Positions 10,644 through 22,087 of a stretch of 64,000 bases of DNA are shown here, in pieces. The translations under genes and the position numbers were made by a program. Positions within the stretch are counted from its first letter, which is position 1. Every line of letters begins with the position of its first letter. The stretch is from an uncultured bacterium (GTDB taxonomy: Bacteria > Babelota > Babeliae > Babelales > Vermiphilaceae): contig OY970212.1 of NCBI GenBank assembly GCA_963713925.1, forward strand, positions 1,216,001 through 1,280,000. Reading direction: 5' to 3'. The notes beneath the pieces are model-generated. The model saw only the letters and a program-made list of their open reading frames with translations, did no database searches and had not been told where the DNA came from.

Positions 10644-11373
10644 AAAGCTCTCAAAGAAATTTGGTTCTAAAACAATCTTGAATGATATTTCTTTTTCAGT
10701 CCGCCCAGGAGAAATTGCAGCATTCTTGGGAGCCTCAGGCGTTGGTAAATCAACTCTTTTGCGCATCTTGAATAATCTTGAAACCTATGATCAAGGATCA
10801 ATAGAACTTGATGGCAAACAACTGAATCTCGAGACAGTGAACAGCCGACACACGGTTGGAATGGTGTTTCAGCATTTTAATCTGTTTATTAATATGAGCG
10901 TGCAACGCAACATCACGCTTCCTCTTGAGAAAACTGCCGGATATAGCCATGAAGATGCCGTAAAAGTGGCTGATGCGCTTCTGGCAAAATATGGATTAAT
11001 CAAATTAAAAGATGCTTACGTAAGCCAACTATCCGGTGGGCAAAAGCAGCGACTTGCCATTGTGCGAAGCATTGCTTTAAAACCACGCATTATTTGCTTT
11101 GATGAGCCAACGTCAGCACTTGATCCTATGCTCACGACTCAAATAGCTCAATTGATTTCTGATCTTGCCAAAGAAGGATTTATTGTGCTTGTCGCAACAC
11201 ATGATACAACGTTGCTGGAAAAATTAGATTGCACCATGTATCTCATGAAAGATGGAGCCATCGTAGAATCAGCTCGGACAAAAGATTTTCAAAAGAATCC
11301 AACCGCATATTTCAAACTCAAAACATTCATCTTAGGAATATCAGAAGATGATGGCTTGACAGTAACAAAATAG
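10630..11373 (+). CDS. Polar amino-acid ABC transporter ATP-binding protein
   Basis: GASGVGKST, LSGGQKQR and FDEPTSALD. Confidence 0.95.
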   Translation: MLSIKKLSKKFGSKTILNDISFSVRPGEIAAFLGASGVGKSTLLRILNNLETYDQGSIELDGKQLNLETVNSRHTVGMVFQHFNLFINMSVQRNITLPLEKTAGYSHEDAVKVADALLAKYGLIKLKDAYVSQLSGGQKQRLAIVRSIALKPRIICFDEPTSALDPMLTTQIAQLISDLAKEGFIVLVATHDTTLLEKLDCTMYLMKDGAIVESARTKDFQKNPTAYFKLKTFILGISEDDGLTVTK

Positions 11374-11632
11374 GTTGTTACGATCATCCTCGGAAATGAT
11401 TTTTTTGCCGTCGAGTCCCAAAACAAGCGCATGTAGTTCTGGGTTATACAATGTCCCTAAATGAACAATACATCAAGTATTGTTCACCCCCCTAACCCTT
11501 CAGCATTTATTGTTGAAGGGATTTTTCTTATACCCCAGTTCCATTTTCTTCGAAGTTTAGCAGAATGTGTCATTACACTGGGGGCCCCGCATAACAAAAC
11601 AAAAATCGGAATTACTTTAGACTTCAGAAATT

Positions 11633-11734
11633 AAAAAAAAGAAAAAATCTGCTCTCCGTTTTTACCCATGCTTTCGCATGGGGCCCTCTTCCGTTCATGG
11701 TGAGCGGAGTGAAACGAAGTCGAACCATTCGAAC
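11633..11734 (+). repeat. Composite palindromic repeat B+C, copy 2
   Basis: AAAATCTGCTCTCCGTTTTTACCCATGC..GCATGGGG..CCGTTC.TGGTGAGC..GTCGAACCATTCGAAC. Confidence 0.85.
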
Positions 11735-11753
11735 TTTTTTTTATTTATACGCG

Positions 11754-12260
11754 TTATGATTTTATTGTCACACAGGAAAGTGCGACTGAAGCTTGATATG
11801 ATTCTTGTCCAGCAGAAAGCTGCAATGAATCAACGGTACACAAAATCGTGTTGGTAATTGAATCTAAAAATTGCGCGATGTCTTCAAACTCGCCTTCCAT
11901 TTTCAGAAGAACGGTTGCTTTTGTCAGATATTGTTGCTCAGAACAGTTTTGAATAGAGCATTCGGTAAGCTTTACATCATATTCACTTGCACGATCTGCC
12001 AGAGCGATCAGTTTGTCTCGCGTAAATGATTGTGCATGTGCCTGCGCCAACAGCGCTTCTTGTTCCGCACTGGGACCCGGTTTTATTTCATGGGTATTGT
12101 GCATAGCAACCGGAACATCGCGGTTAAACAAGAATGGACTGATGCAAAAACGATATTGCACGTATGCTGCAACAAGAAACAAAAAGAAGAAATACCACGA
12201 ATGGTATTTCTTCTTTTCTTTTTTAAAAAAACGATATTCTCCGGAAATAGTGTGCTTCAT
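11754..12260 (-). CDS. PilO/GspM-like inner-membrane protein
   Basis: Single N-terminal TM helix and a PilO-like C-terminus (LKMEGEFEDIAQFLDSI). Confidence 0.5.
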   Translation of the reverse strand: MKHTISGEYRFFKKEKKKYHSWYFFFLFLVAAYVQYRFCISPFLFNRDVPVAMHNTHEIKPGPSAEQEALLAQAHAQSFTRDKLIALADRASEYDVKLTECSIQNCSEQQYLTKATVLLKMEGEFEDIAQFLDSITNTILCTVDSLQLSAGQESYQASVALSCVTIKS

Positions 12261-12467
12261 AATTTCCTTTTTTCTCCAAACATTTTTTTAATTCCAAAGC
12301 GCCTTGTCGCGCCATAACTCAAAGAGCGGAGGCGGAGGTTTTTTTACGAGTCCCAATCGGAATGATACTTCGTCGTTATACTTCGAAGTAGTGTAGATTG
12401 GGTTACCGGGGCCCCCAGTATAGCAACACTCCCGAGGTCAAACTTCGTAGTTGCGTGACTGGGGTAA

Positions 12468-13667
12468 TTAGAATGTTTGCTTCGTCCACTGCATTGGATC
12501 TACTGCAATATTATTCACGCGCAGCTCCCAATGTAAATGGTATCCGGTTGCGTAGCCTGTTTTGCCCAGAGTTCCGATAGGATTTCCTTTTGACACTTTT
12601 TGTCCGACTTGAATATCGGCAAAATCTTCAAGATGGAAGAACAGAGAAAGTACGCCGCATCCATGATCTATCACCACCGTGTTCCCGCTATGCGCGTAAC
12701 GCTCTTTGAGCGCAACTACACCGTCTTGTGTTGCCCACACAACACTTCGCGGAGCATTAATCACATCGAGCGCCTTGTGCATGTAGCGCCCTTTTTCTTG
12801 AGTTGTGCGAATCGTGCCAAAGTCGCAGGTAATTCTTTCTATATCAATGGGAGCACAGAACGACCCTCTCCATAGCTTTTCGTTCGGCGATGCTTGCGCT
12901 AACTGACCAAGCGCAATCTCAAGATCATTCATAGCAAGACCGACTTCTTTTTCTCTTTTGATCGTTTCCGGATTAAATGTTAAATTTTGCTGTTTTTTGA
13001 ACGGATACCCTACAATTTGAAACTTGCTTTCCAGTTGCAGCTTATTACCAACAGCGTCAAACCCATCAATGCTGAACAGATATTCATTTGGAGTTTCTTC
13101 GCACGCAATCGGAATAAAACACTCATATATAAATGACTTAGCCGATTCTCTCACGCATGGGTAACTTGCGGCCAAGGCATGCGCGCACACATTTTTAAGT
13201 TCTTTGTTTGCCTGAAACTGAATGTGCAGCGTTCTGCCTTGAAATACTTTAAATTCACTCTCCGTTTTAACAAATGCTGCTTGCAGAGGCACATTATCAA
13301 CGTGGAATGATTTTTCAAACACTACTTTATTTTTTCTATAACTTCCGTCACAAAAATCAATTTTGAGAGCATGTTTGCCATTGCCCATTGTTTTGGTTGG
13401 AATCGTGAATGGATGATTTGGGTAACGACTATTCAACTTAAAATCAGTAATGAGCGGCTGATCATCTAAATACAATGATAAATTGCCGGTTTTTGATGTA
13501 GAAACCTGACACGTTATGTCACCAGAATACCATTTATTATCATCAAGGCCGGCCATGGAAAGTTGAGGCATCGTTTTGTCAAAAAAATACCGATAGCCGG
13601 TATATCCAACCCAACCGACGGCTGCTAATGTCGCAATAGTTACTAAATAACGCATTTTGAAAAGCAT
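12468..13667 (-). CDS. M23-family metallopeptidase
   Basis: HKALD, GNTVVIDHG, GYATGYHLHWE and VDP motifs; N-terminal membrane anchor. Confidence 0.92.
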   Translation of the reverse strand: MLFKMRYLVTIATLAAVGWVGYTGYRYFFDKTMPQLSMAGLDDNKWYSGDITCQVSTSKTGNLSLYLDDQPLITDFKLNSRYPNHPFTIPTKTMGNGKHALKIDFCDGSYRKNKVVFEKSFHVDNVPLQAAFVKTESEFKVFQGRTLHIQFQANKELKNVCAHALAASYPCVRESAKSFIYECFIPIACEETPNEYLFSIDGFDAVGNKLQLESKFQIVGYPFKKQQNLTFNPETIKREKEVGLAMNDLEIALGQLAQASPNEKLWRGSFCAPIDIERITCDFGTIRTTQEKGRYMHKALDVINAPRSVVWATQDGVVALKERYAHSGNTVVIDHGCGVLSLFFHLEDFADIQVGQKVSKGNPIGTLGKTGYATGYHLHWELRVNNIAVDPMQWTKQTF

Positions 13668-13869
13668 AGGTGCTCCAGAAATTCGATCTAAATAAAAGGA
13701 GAATTTTTAACCTCTCTAATATAGAACTTTTTCTCAAGCAGGTAAATGAGCTTTTCAGAAGAAAAAAAAGACGAACAAATTACTCAGTGAATGTGTGTGA
13801 AAAGATCTCAAAATAAATCGGGACCGACTTGAAAATCGATCCCGATATTTTGCAATTGAATGAATGAGA

Positions 13870-14496
13870 TTATTTGGAAAACTGCTTCACAAATTCTTCA
13901 AATGGTATGGTCGTAATGCAATCATATCTATAAACACTGCCAAAATCACTTGTCTTCGCCACGCACTTCGTATACTTCCCTTCTGTGACAACAGTATAGC
14001 CTCCATTGATTCCTTTTTTTCCGGCCGTTACTTGTAAACCGCGTTTTTCCGGATTAAATGCTTCATTTGAAATAACCAGGGTGCCATTCGCATTCCTATT
14101 ATTCATAATGGTAGTTTTAATGGTTACGGGTTGAGTTCCTTTGCGATTTACCTCAAAATCCCAATCAGCGTAGTCCCAACTTTTTCTTGCTTTCTCAACA
14201 ACGTCATAAGCGCTGTGGTGAATGGTTCCTTCAAAATTTTCATCCAATATCTTTGCCATATCTTTATGCTTGTGAGGGGCAAATAAACAATCTCCATAAT
14301 GAAATTTTCGTTCTTTTTCCAACGAATGACAATCCAAATCAAACTTACATTTAAGCACTCTGGCAAAAAAACCCGTTGATTTGTAGAAACGATACAAATT
14401 ATCGAAAGAACGCAATTTGTCTACAATTGGATCGCTTGCTTGAACTCCCATACCCAACATGATCAAAAGAGCTACCACCATTAATTTTGTGTTCAT
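13870..14496 (-). CDS. Hypothetical secreted protein
   Basis: 208-aa ORF with signal peptide and AAGGA RBS. Confidence 0.6.
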   Translation of the reverse strand: MNTKLMVVALLIMLGMGVQASDPIVDKLRSFDNLYRFYKSTGFFARVLKCKFDLDCHSLEKERKFHYGDCLFAPHKHKDMAKILDENFEGTIHHSAYDVVEKARKSWDYADWDFEVNRKGTQPVTIKTTIMNNRNANGTLVISNEAFNPEKRGLQVTAGKKGINGGYTVVTEGKYTKCVAKTSDFGSVYRYDCITTIPFEEFVKQFSK

Positions 14497-14668
14497 TTTT
14501 TTATCCTTTCATAATACAGACACAAATATTGCTTAATTACTATTAGAATAACACAAATGGGGGGGGTGTAAAGTGGGGGTACCCGAGAGCGACCCTCATC
14601 TCTAAGCCTGATTTTGAGGGATTTTGTAAAATCTGCTATACTAAAGGTATAAAAAATGAGGTTCCTTT

Positions 14669-15913
14669 ATGGATTACAAACAATTTCCGGCTGGTCCGGG
14701 GGTCTATTTCTTCAAAACTGCAGAAGATATTATTATTTATGTTGGCAAGGCTACTTCCCTGCGAGAGCGGGTGCGTTCCTATTTCCAAAAGACTGACGAT
14801 TGGAAGGTCAATTCCTTGATTGCCGAACATGCCTCCATCGACTTCATAGCCACCCTGACCGAGACTGAAGCAAGCATTCTGGAAGCTCAGCTTATTGCCA
14901 AATACCAGCCAAAATTCAATGTCTTGCTCAAAGATGGCCAGCCCTTTTTATATATTTTGTTTACCCAAGGGGCATTGCCTGAGATGAAGCTTGTTCGTAA
15001 CAAGAAAGCTAAGGGTAAATATTTCGGCCCATTTATTCAAAAAAGACCCGTTCGTGGTATGTTTGCCTTCTTGAAACACACGTTTAAACTCGATTTGTGT
15101 AACGTTAAAATGCAAAATGGATGCCTCCGATTTCATTTAGGCACCTGCGCCGGAAACTGCAAACCTGATTTTAATCTTTCTGATTATCAGTTCAGACTTA
15201 CCTTGGCAATGGCAGCATTATCAAATAACCAAGAAGAATTTAGAAGCTTAATTGATGAGCAAATCAAGCGCTATACCAATTCGATGGAATTTGAAAAGGC
15301 GCGAACCATTCATGCGTATCAAACTGACGTGGAAAAAATATTCTATGCGATTAATGTGCGATACTCTGAAAAAAAATATGAACATGAGGTGATTCGAGTC
15401 ACGGCACCACAAGAGCTTAAAAAAGATTTGTCATCAGTCGGGCGTGAACTTGCCCAGCTTTTACATCTGCCGCAAGAAATCCGCACCATAGATTGTTTTG
15501 ATATCTCCCATTTTCAAAGTCAGTCGATTGTCGGCTCATGCGTTCGATTCACCGATGGAAAACCCGATAAAAATAAGTTCAGGCGTTTTAAAATTCGTTC
15601 ACTCGAAGAACAAAATGATTATGCTGCATTGCAAGAAATTGTGGCCCGACGATATAAGTCACTAGATGATATTCCTGATTTTGTATTGATCGATGGCGGT
15701 AAAGGACAATTAAATGCGGTAAAAGATTTAGTTCCAGCACGATTTGTCAGCTTGGCAAAACGAGAAGAGCGCTTATACCAACCGGGTGATCCGGATGGAA
15801 TTAAGCTTGACGTGCACACTGGCATTGGAAGTCTTTTAATTGCGCTGCGTGACTATGCGCACCACTTTGCCATTAGTTATCATAGAATGCGTCAAAGTAA
15901 AGCTTTGAAATAA
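14669..15913 (+). CDS. uvrC: UvrC excinuclease subunit, lacking the C-terminal HhH domain
   Basis: GIY-YIG domain (PGVYFF..IYVGKA..LRERVRSYF), Cys motif, RNase H-like DCFDISH and LIDGGKGQL. Confidence 0.9.
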   Translation: MDYKQFPAGPGVYFFKTAEDIIIYVGKATSLRERVRSYFQKTDDWKVNSLIAEHASIDFIATLTETEASILEAQLIAKYQPKFNVLLKDGQPFLYILFTQGALPEMKLVRNKKAKGKYFGPFIQKRPVRGMFAFLKHTFKLDLCNVKMQNGCLRFHLGTCAGNCKPDFNLSDYQFRLTLAMAALSNNQEEFRSLIDEQIKRYTNSMEFEKARTIHAYQTDVEKIFYAINVRYSEKKYEHEVIRVTAPQELKKDLSSVGRELAQLLHLPQEIRTIDCFDISHFQSQSIVGSCVRFTDGKPDKNKFRRFKIRSLEEQNDYAALQEIVARRYKSLDDIPDFVLIDGGKGQLNAVKDLVPARFVSLAKREERLYQPGDPDGIKLDVHTGIGSLLIALRDYAHHFAISYHRMRQSKALK

Positions 15914-15932
15914 AAAAATCCCCATATTTTGT

Positions 15933-16121
15933 GTTCGTATGGATTCGACTTCGTTGCACTCCGCTCACCACGAACGGAAAAAGAACTGCTACACTTATGA
16001 ATGAATCATGCTGCCTTGAATAAAATTATTCCTCCCCGTTCGTGGTGAGCGAAACGAGTCCCCGATCGTAGCGTAAGCGTAGATTGGGGTTAAAACGTAG
16101 TGGAGTCGAATCCATACGAAC
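15933..16121. repeat. Inverted doublet of family B repeats with a nested family C hairpin
   Basis: GTTCGTATGGATTCGAC..GCTCACCACGAACGG (15933-15977) is inverted at 16036-16121, and that arm carries GTCCCCGATC..GATTGGGGT. Confidence 0.85.
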
Positions 16122-16214
16122 GAATATATGTGCCAAAATAATAATCCATGCTTAGCCATCAGACAAATGTTATATATTTTGAAAAATCAATCACTTTCGG
16201 CCATGCTTAAAAGA

Positions 16215-16362
16215 AGAGCTCATACGAAAATTTAATCTTTCTGAATAAAAAAAGATCAGTTGTCATGCTGAACTTGTTTCAGCATCCAGGTTAAATAGAT
16301 CCTGAAATAAATTCAGGATGACGAAACAACGAGAAACTTTCGGGAATTTTCGGATAAGCTCG
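16215..16362 (+). repeat. Family A ~147-bp MITE-like repeat, copy 1
   Basis: Terminal IR AGAGCT.ATACGAAAA/TTTTCGGATAAGCTC. Core GTCATGCTGAACTTGTTTCAGCATCCAGGTTAAATAGATCCTGAAATAAATTCAGGATGAC is identical to the 37702 copy. Confidence 0.9.
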
Positions 16363-16395
16363 AAGACTGATTTGATTTTGCATAAAGGAGAATTC

Positions 16396-18948
16396 ATGAC
16401 TCACGAACAATTTACCAATGCAGGCTCTGAGCTCATACAACGAGCCGCATTGCTCGCACAAGAACGAAATAATCCAACATTACAACCGGTGCATCTCCTG
16501 CTAGCTGGCCTGAATGATCAATTTTTTAAAAGTTGTTTGCTTGGCTTAGGCTTGCCAACCGATAAAATTGCTTCCGCCGCTGCACAAGAGCTTGAAAAAT
16601 TACCAACCGCTCAGGGCTCACAACTCATGATCGATTCGAGCTTTGATCGATTCATATCTGCGTGCCAAAAAAGTGCAAAAGAATTTTCAGACAGCTACAT
16701 TAGTATTGAAATTATGGTGCTTGAGCTGCTGACGGGAGGATTTCTACCAGCAACAGTTACTGCATTTTTCAACAACATAACGCGCGATGGTGTGATTGCG
16801 TATATAAAAAAAATGAGGAAAGGAGCTTCTGTGAGTGATAAAAATGCTGAAAGCAAATACCAAGTCCTTGAAAAATATTGTACTGACATTACCGCGCTCG
16901 CAATACATGGCAAGCTTGACCCGGTCATCGGCCGTCATGAAGAAATCAGACGGGTTATTCAAATTCTTTCTCGAAGAACAAAAAACAATCCAGTATTGAT
17001 CGGGGAGCCAGGGGTTGGTAAAACAGCGATTGTTGAAGGCATTGCCCAACGTATCATCAACAACGATGTGCCCGAAAGCTTACAAGGTAAAAAAATCTTT
17101 TCACTTGATTTGGGGCTGCTAATAGCTGGAGCAAAATATCAAGGTGAGTTTGAAGATCGCTTGAAATCAGTGCTCAAAGAAGTTGAATCTTCACAAGAGA
17201 ATATTATTTTGTTCATCGATGAGCTGCATATGCTTGTCGGAGCTGGGGCGACTGGTGGCGGCATGGATGCTTCCAACTTGCTCAAACCCGCTCTTGCGCG
17301 CGGAACGCTGCACTGCATCGGCGCCACAACGCTCAAAGAATATAAAAAATACATTGAAAAAGATGCCGCGCTTGAACGCAGATTTCAACAAGTGCTTGTC
17401 CCAGAGCCGACGGTTGACGATGCAATTTCCATTTTGCGTGGACTCAAAGAACGCTACGAAATTCACCACGGTATTCGCATCACCGATCATGCACTCATTG
17501 ATGCTGTCTTACTTTCAAATAAATATATTCCCGATCGTTTTCTGCCCGACAAAGCAATTGACGTCATCGACGAAGCTGCTGCAATGATCAAAATGTCAAT
17601 CGATTCACAACCAGAGCAAATTGATCGCATCGAGCGACGCATTCGACAATTGGAAATTGAAAAAGTTGCGCTTGCCAAAGAAAAAAATAATGGCTCAGAA
17701 ATGCGACTCAAAGATCTTGAAAAAGAGCTCGCCAATGCAAAACAAGAGCATCAAACGCTCCGCGCACAATGGATGGCTGAAAAAGCTCCGCTCGAAAAGA
17801 TAAATAAAATCAAAGAAGAGATCGAAAAAGCGAGCTTAAAATTTGCTCAAGCAGAGCGAGATGGCGATTTTGCGAAAGCATCAGAAATTAAGTATGCCAC
17901 ACTTGCAAAACTTGAGCGAGAGCTCTCAGAACAGCAAAATGCGCTCAAAAAAGTTGATTCACAACTCGTCAAACAACAAGTTGATGTTGATGACGTCGCG
18001 CATGTGATTTCCCGCTGGACCAAAATTCCGCTCGAGAAACTAAAAGCAAGCGAAACAGACAAATTGCTCCGCATGGCAACCATCTTGGGACAAAAAGTTA
18101 TTGGTCAACAAGAGGCTATTGATCGTGTTTCTCAGGCAGTGCAAATGCATCGTGCAGGGCTTACTGACCCGAACAGACCAATTGGTTCCTTCCTATTTCT
18201 CGGGCCAACCGGCGTAGGTAAAACAGAAGTTGCAAAATCGTTGGCTGACTTTTTATTTAACGATGAAAAGCGCATGATTCGCATTGACATGTCGGAGTAC
18301 ATGGAAAAACATGCAGTCGCTCGCCTTATCGGCGCTCCTCCGGGATATGTTGGATACGAAGAAGGCGGACAACTGACCGAACAAGTGCGCAGACATCCGT
18401 ACAGCGTTGTGCTATTTGATGAGATTGAAAAAGCGCATCCAGATGTGTTTAATATCTTCTTGCAAATTCTTGATGAAGGTCATTTGACTGACAGCCAAGG
18501 GCGAACCGTCTCATTTAAAAATTGCATCATCATCATGACATCAAATATCGGCTCAGATATCATTCTGCAATCAAAGAAAGTTGATCAAAAAGTCAAAGAC
18601 GCGGTTGAAAAAATATTGCAAAAATCATTCCGTCCTGAATTCTTAAATCGTATTGATGCAATTGTATTCTTCAAAGCACTTGATGAATCTGATGTTGCAC
18701 AAATCGCTCAGTTGCAAATCAAGCAACTTTCAGAGCGTCTCGCGCAACGAGATATCACACTATCAATTGATGATGCGGTTGTTGCAAAACTTGCAACCGA
18801 TGGTTATAGCCCTGAATTTGGTGCGCGCCCCTTAAAACGAGTTATACAGCAGCAAGTGATTGTTCCTATTTCGCAGCATCTGCTCAAAAAGCCGGATGTA
18901 AAATCAATCCACTTGTCTTTAAAAGATAATAGCATCGTAATACGATGA
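16396..18948 (+). CDS. clpB: ClpB disaggregase
   Basis: Two AAA+ modules ([16 protein letters not shown]) and a coiled-coil middle domain; AAGGAG RBS precedes ATG 16396. Confidence 0.97.
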   Translation: MTHEQFTNAGSELIQRAALLAQERNNPTLQPVHLLLAGLNDQFFKSCLLGLGLPTDKIASAAAQELEKLPTAQGSQLMIDSSFDRFISACQKSAKEFSDSYISIEIMVLELLTGGFLPATVTAFFNNITRDGVIAYIKKMRKGASVSDKNAESKYQVLEKYCTDITALAIHGKLDPVIGRHEEIRRVIQILSRRTKNNPVLIGEPGVGKTAIVEGIAQRIINNDVPESLQGKKIFSLDLGLLIAGAKYQGEFEDRLKSVLKEVESSQENIILFIDELHMLVGAGATGGGMDASNLLKPALARGTLHCIGATTLKEYKKYIEKDAALERRFQQVLVPEPTVDDAISILRGLKERYEIHHGIRITDHALIDAVLLSNKYIPDRFLPDKAIDVIDEAAAMIKMSIDSQPEQIDRIERRIRQLEIEKVALAKEKNNGSEMRLKDLEKELANAKQEHQTLRAQWMAEKAPLEKINKIKEEIEKASLKFAQAERDGDFAKASEIKYATLAKLERELSEQQNALKKVDSQLVKQQVDVDDVAHVISRWTKIPLEKLKASETDKLLRMATILGQKVIGQQEAIDRVSQAVQMHRAGLTDPNRPIGSFLFLGPTGVGKTEVAKSLADFLFNDEKRMIRIDMSEYMEKHAVARLIGAPPGYVGYEEGGQLTEQVRRHPYSVVLFDEIEKAHPDVFNIFLQILDEGHLTDSQGRTVSFKNCIIIMTSNIGSDIILQSKKVDQKVKDAVEKILQKSFRPEFLNRIDAIVFFKALDESDVAQIAQLQIKQLSERLAQRDITLSIDDAVVAKLATDGYSPEFGARPLKRVIQQQVIVPISQHLLKKPDVKSIHLSLKDNSIVIR

Positions 18949-19066
18949 GAGTGCTCGACGTCGAGGTTTTCAAGTAGAAACATTTAAAGAAGGGGGCCTT
19001 GTCTTTGAGAAAAGCCTATTTTATGCTTAAAAAGGATAGTAATTTAGATATTCATAGGAGGAAATT

Positions 19067-19435
19067 ATGAAAATGAGTTCTCTACTGTTCATCACAGCAA
19101 TCTTATTTTGTGTTCCCGCACACGCAAAAAGCAACCTAGACGAAATTTTTGATAAGCTGGGAGTCCAAGATAAAACATCTTTTGTCTTGGGAATAGCATC
19201 GGCTGTAGCCGGCGCCGCCTCTCTAAAAGTAGCGCATGATCCTGCTGCTTCTGGAGCTCTTTTTGGGTTGGGTACAAGTTTAATCCTTGTTTCTAGTTTC
19301 GAAAGCGGCGGAAGTAATATTGGCGGTCAAGCCGCTTCAGCTATTAAATTCCTGACAGTAATGGTTGGAACGATGATTGGAGGCATATTCGGAAAAGGTA
19401 TTGCTGAAGGTCACGAGAATAATCAGCGAGTATAA
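19067..19435 (+). CDS. Hypothetical secreted/membrane protein, Gly/Ala-rich helices
   Basis: AGGAGG RBS, signal peptide and three hydrophobic segments. Confidence 0.6.
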   Translation: MKMSSLLFITAILFCVPAHAKSNLDEIFDKLGVQDKTSFVLGIASAVAGAASLKVAHDPAASGALFGLGTSLILVSSFESGGSNIGGQAASAIKFLTVMVGTMIGGIFGKGIAEGHENNQRV

Positions 19436-20109
19436 AAAAGCCCCTTGTAGAAATAAGCTAGTTCCCAGCCAGGCATGCTATTTGCGCCTGGCTGATTTTT
19501 TTTCATAAAATGCTTTTTGCCGTTAACCGGTTCACAGAAATGGATGTACGGAATCGCTTTTTGATATATATCTTTCAAGTAAGAATGCTCAGGAATTTCA
19601 TCTATCGATTGCCATTTATAATCACCATGATTATTGTCTATAGATGCTTGATCATCAATGCATACCGAAAAAATCGCAATATTAACCGTATGCGTCTGGC
19701 AATCCCACGAGCCATCGGGATACATGGTGTTATACACATCAATAATTCTGAGCGGCTTTATGTGCAACCCCGCCTCTTCACGGCACTTTCTTTGTGCACA
19801 TTCAAAAAAAGATTCGCCTTTATATAATCTTCCTCCGGGAAAGAAATAGATATTTTGAGCCGGAGGTATGTTGCGCAACACAAGAAAATAACAACGCGTT
19901 ATTGGATTGTAAACAAAGATATCAACACAACAAATGGGCAACGTGTGTACACATTGAGCATATAACTGTTTATCAATATATTCAGTATGTTCAATGGCAG
20001 TCTTTTGAGAATCAAAAAACACCATATGATTCTGTTGCATATCTATGAGTTCATTAGCGCATGCAAAAAGAGAAGATAACAATGGCAGCAGATACATCAT
20101 TTCAAGCAC
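19423..20109 (-). CDS. NUDIX hydrolase (GDP-mannose mannosyl hydrolase-like)
   Basis: CVD..LVLR..PA....FPGGRLYKGESFFECAQRKCREEAG Nudix box. Confidence 0.8.
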   Translation of the reverse strand: MLEMMYLLPLLSSLFACANELIDMQQNHMVFFDSQKTAIEHTEYIDKQLYAQCVHTLPICCVDIFVYNPITRCYFLVLRNIPPAQNIYFFPGGRLYKGESFFECAQRKCREEAGLHIKPLRIIDVYNTMYPDGSWDCQTHTVNIAIFSVCIDDQASIDNNHGDYKWQSIDEIPEHSYLKDIYQKAIPYIHFCEPVNGKKHFMKKNQPGANSMPGWELAYFYKGLFYTR

Positions 20110-20209
20110 TCACTTTAAAAGGACCTGGTTACAAATTTTCATCAATTATCTTTTTGTGCTAGTGTAATGCATGAATTGAAAACAAGCCACATCAGAGGGA
20201 GTAGTAAGC

Positions 20210-22087
20210 ATGCGCATTTTTCTTTTTATCATCCTATCGATCTTTTCAATACAGCAGATTTCATCTTATTATGATCCGTATGATCCAAACAATAACGGCC
20301 CCAATCTTTTGGATCAAGGCGAACACAAAAATCATAATTCCAACAATGATGAAAGAAACCGAAAAAAAGGCCCCATTACCAACATTCCGATTATAAACGT
20401 GATTATTACAACGGCGGCCATCGGTTATTTGACGTATCTGGAAATCAAGAAAGTTCCGGAGCATATAAACACGCTGAAAAAGTGGAAAAAAAAGTTTATA
20501 GGTGACAATCACACGGTTAACGAGTCCGGACCTTATACCGTGCAATTGTTTGAACATTACTTTGAATTAACACCACGAGAGTATCAGGAATATAAGAAAT
20601 GTTGGTTTAAATGGGATTTTTACGTAAACAATCTTCGCAGGCTTCTAGATTGCGGCAGAGCGTGGGATATATATTCCTCAAAGCCTATACGACCAAAACC
20701 ACAGCCACAGATTTCAAATGCACCGCAACGGCAATCAGAGCCAAAGCAGCCGTCAGAGTCGCAAGTCAAACCGGAACAAAAGCTTGAAGCACCTCCAGAA
20801 GTACCTCAAGTAGAAGAAAAATATCTCATTGTTCATGAACACTTCAGAAATGATCTGCCGGAGTTGCAGAAAAATAATCAAAAATTGCGTTGTTGGATTG
20901 AAAAAAATATAAACCCCAACGAAGTTCCCGATCGATACAAAACAGATATCTCAACCCTTTCCAATGATGTTTTTGCGGTTCATGAGTTTAATCTGCAAGA
21001 ACTGAACGACTACATCAAAGAGCACAACCTTGACCCGAAAGCATGGGAAAGGCTCTACGGCAATGAAATTCAAAGAGCCTTGCATAGAGATTCAATTCAG
21101 CTCCTTGAGCAAAGCCGAAACCCATTTAAAAGTTGGCTTCAGGAATATAAAGAAGATCTTATCAAAACGATCGATGCCGGCAGAGCGCTCAACGAGCTCG
21201 GTTATTGTTCAAAAGCCACCAAGGTTAATAACTTCTGTTCTTCTTTGATGCACTACGGTAACGTCGCGCAAGAGGGAGTTGTAAACGGAGCGATTTCGCG
21301 AACCCCCACAAATCCTTGGGCGATCGGCGCCACTATTGGAGTAATAACTGCCGCCGTACTTGTTCCGGGAGTAGCGGAAGCGTTGTTAGTTTATAACATT
21401 TTGCAATGCTCATATGAATTCGGGCAGACGTTAGGGCTATTGATCTGCAAAGACGATCCGAGAGCACAAAAAGAACTTAATGAAAAATTTGAACCTTTCA
21501 AACAACGCTTTAAAGATTCCTACGGATGGGAAGACACATTATACGATGCAGCGCATGTAACCGGTGAACTCGGCGGCGATATCGTTGTCGCCAAAGCAAG
21601 CAAAACCGTGGCAAAATGTGTCGGAAAAGTTGTCGATGTAGTAAGCAAATTTCCCAAAAAGCCTCAAGGCGAAGTTGTTGCCACAACTCCTGATGGACAA
21701 AAGATCAAGGTCCCTGATGAGAGCAAGAATCAAAATACACAGCGAACAGCGACTGAAAAAAATGTCGGCAGACAGATCGCAAAGGAGATTAAACAGGCTG
21801 CAAGAACCATTGATGATCTTCTGAAAGAATGTGCGCCTTGGGACAAACAAAAAGGATCAACCAAGCAATATACAAAAATGGGAAGTTTTCAAGACGCTCT
21901 TAATGACTTTAAATCGTTATCACCCATAAATATAACCGATGCTTCTGATGCAGATAAAGTATGTTTTTATGGATACCTGTGCGATGGTAAAACTGTAATA
22001 GCTCGAAATATAAGTAAAAAGCTAGGGCCAACCCTGGAAATTCAATACCCGAATAGTAATAAAACAATAAAAATTCGATATAGTTGA
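20210..22087 (+). CDS. Secreted polymorphic-toxin-like protein with predicted C-terminal nuclease domain
   Basis: Signal peptide, Pro/Gln linker and central hydrophobic helix. The C-terminal ~90 aa (KQYTK.GSF.DA..DF..L.P..G.L.DGK.V..R...GPTLEIQ..IKIRY) resemble polymorphic toxin tips. Confidence 0.65.
   Translation: MRIFLFIILSIFSIQQISSYYDPYDPNNNGPNLLDQGEHKNHNSNNDERNRKKGPITNIPIINVIITTAAIGYLTYLEIKKVPEHINTLKKWKKKFIGDNHTVNESGPYTVQLFEHYFELTPREYQEYKKCWFKWDFYVNNLRRLLDCGRAWDIYSSKPIRPKPQPQISNAPQRQSEPKQPSESQVKPEQKLEAPPEVPQVEEKYLIVHEHFRNDLPELQKNNQKLRCWIEKNINPNEVPDRYKTDISTLSNDVFAVHEFNLQELNDYIKEHNLDPKAWERLYGNEIQRALHRDSIQLLEQSRNPFKSWLQEYKEDLIKTIDAGRALNELGYCSKATKVNNFCSSLMHYGNVAQEGVVNGAISRTPTNPWAIGATIGVITAAVLVPGVAEALLVYNILQCSYEFGQTLGLLICKDDPRAQKELNEKFEPFKQRFKDSYGWEDTLYDAAHVTGELGGDIVVAKASKTVAKCVGKVVDVVSKFPKKPQGEVVATTPDGQKIKVPDESKNQNTQRTATEKNVGRQIAKEIKQAARTIDDLLKECAPWDKQKGSTKQYTKMGSFQDALNDFKSLSPINITDASDADKVCFYGYLCDGKTVIARNISKKLGPTLEIQYPNSNKTIKIRYS

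Noticed and set aside
16318..16395. N-terminal extension of ClpB in the ORF track
   Set aside because: The ATG lies inside the family A repeat; a good RBS precedes ATG 16396.
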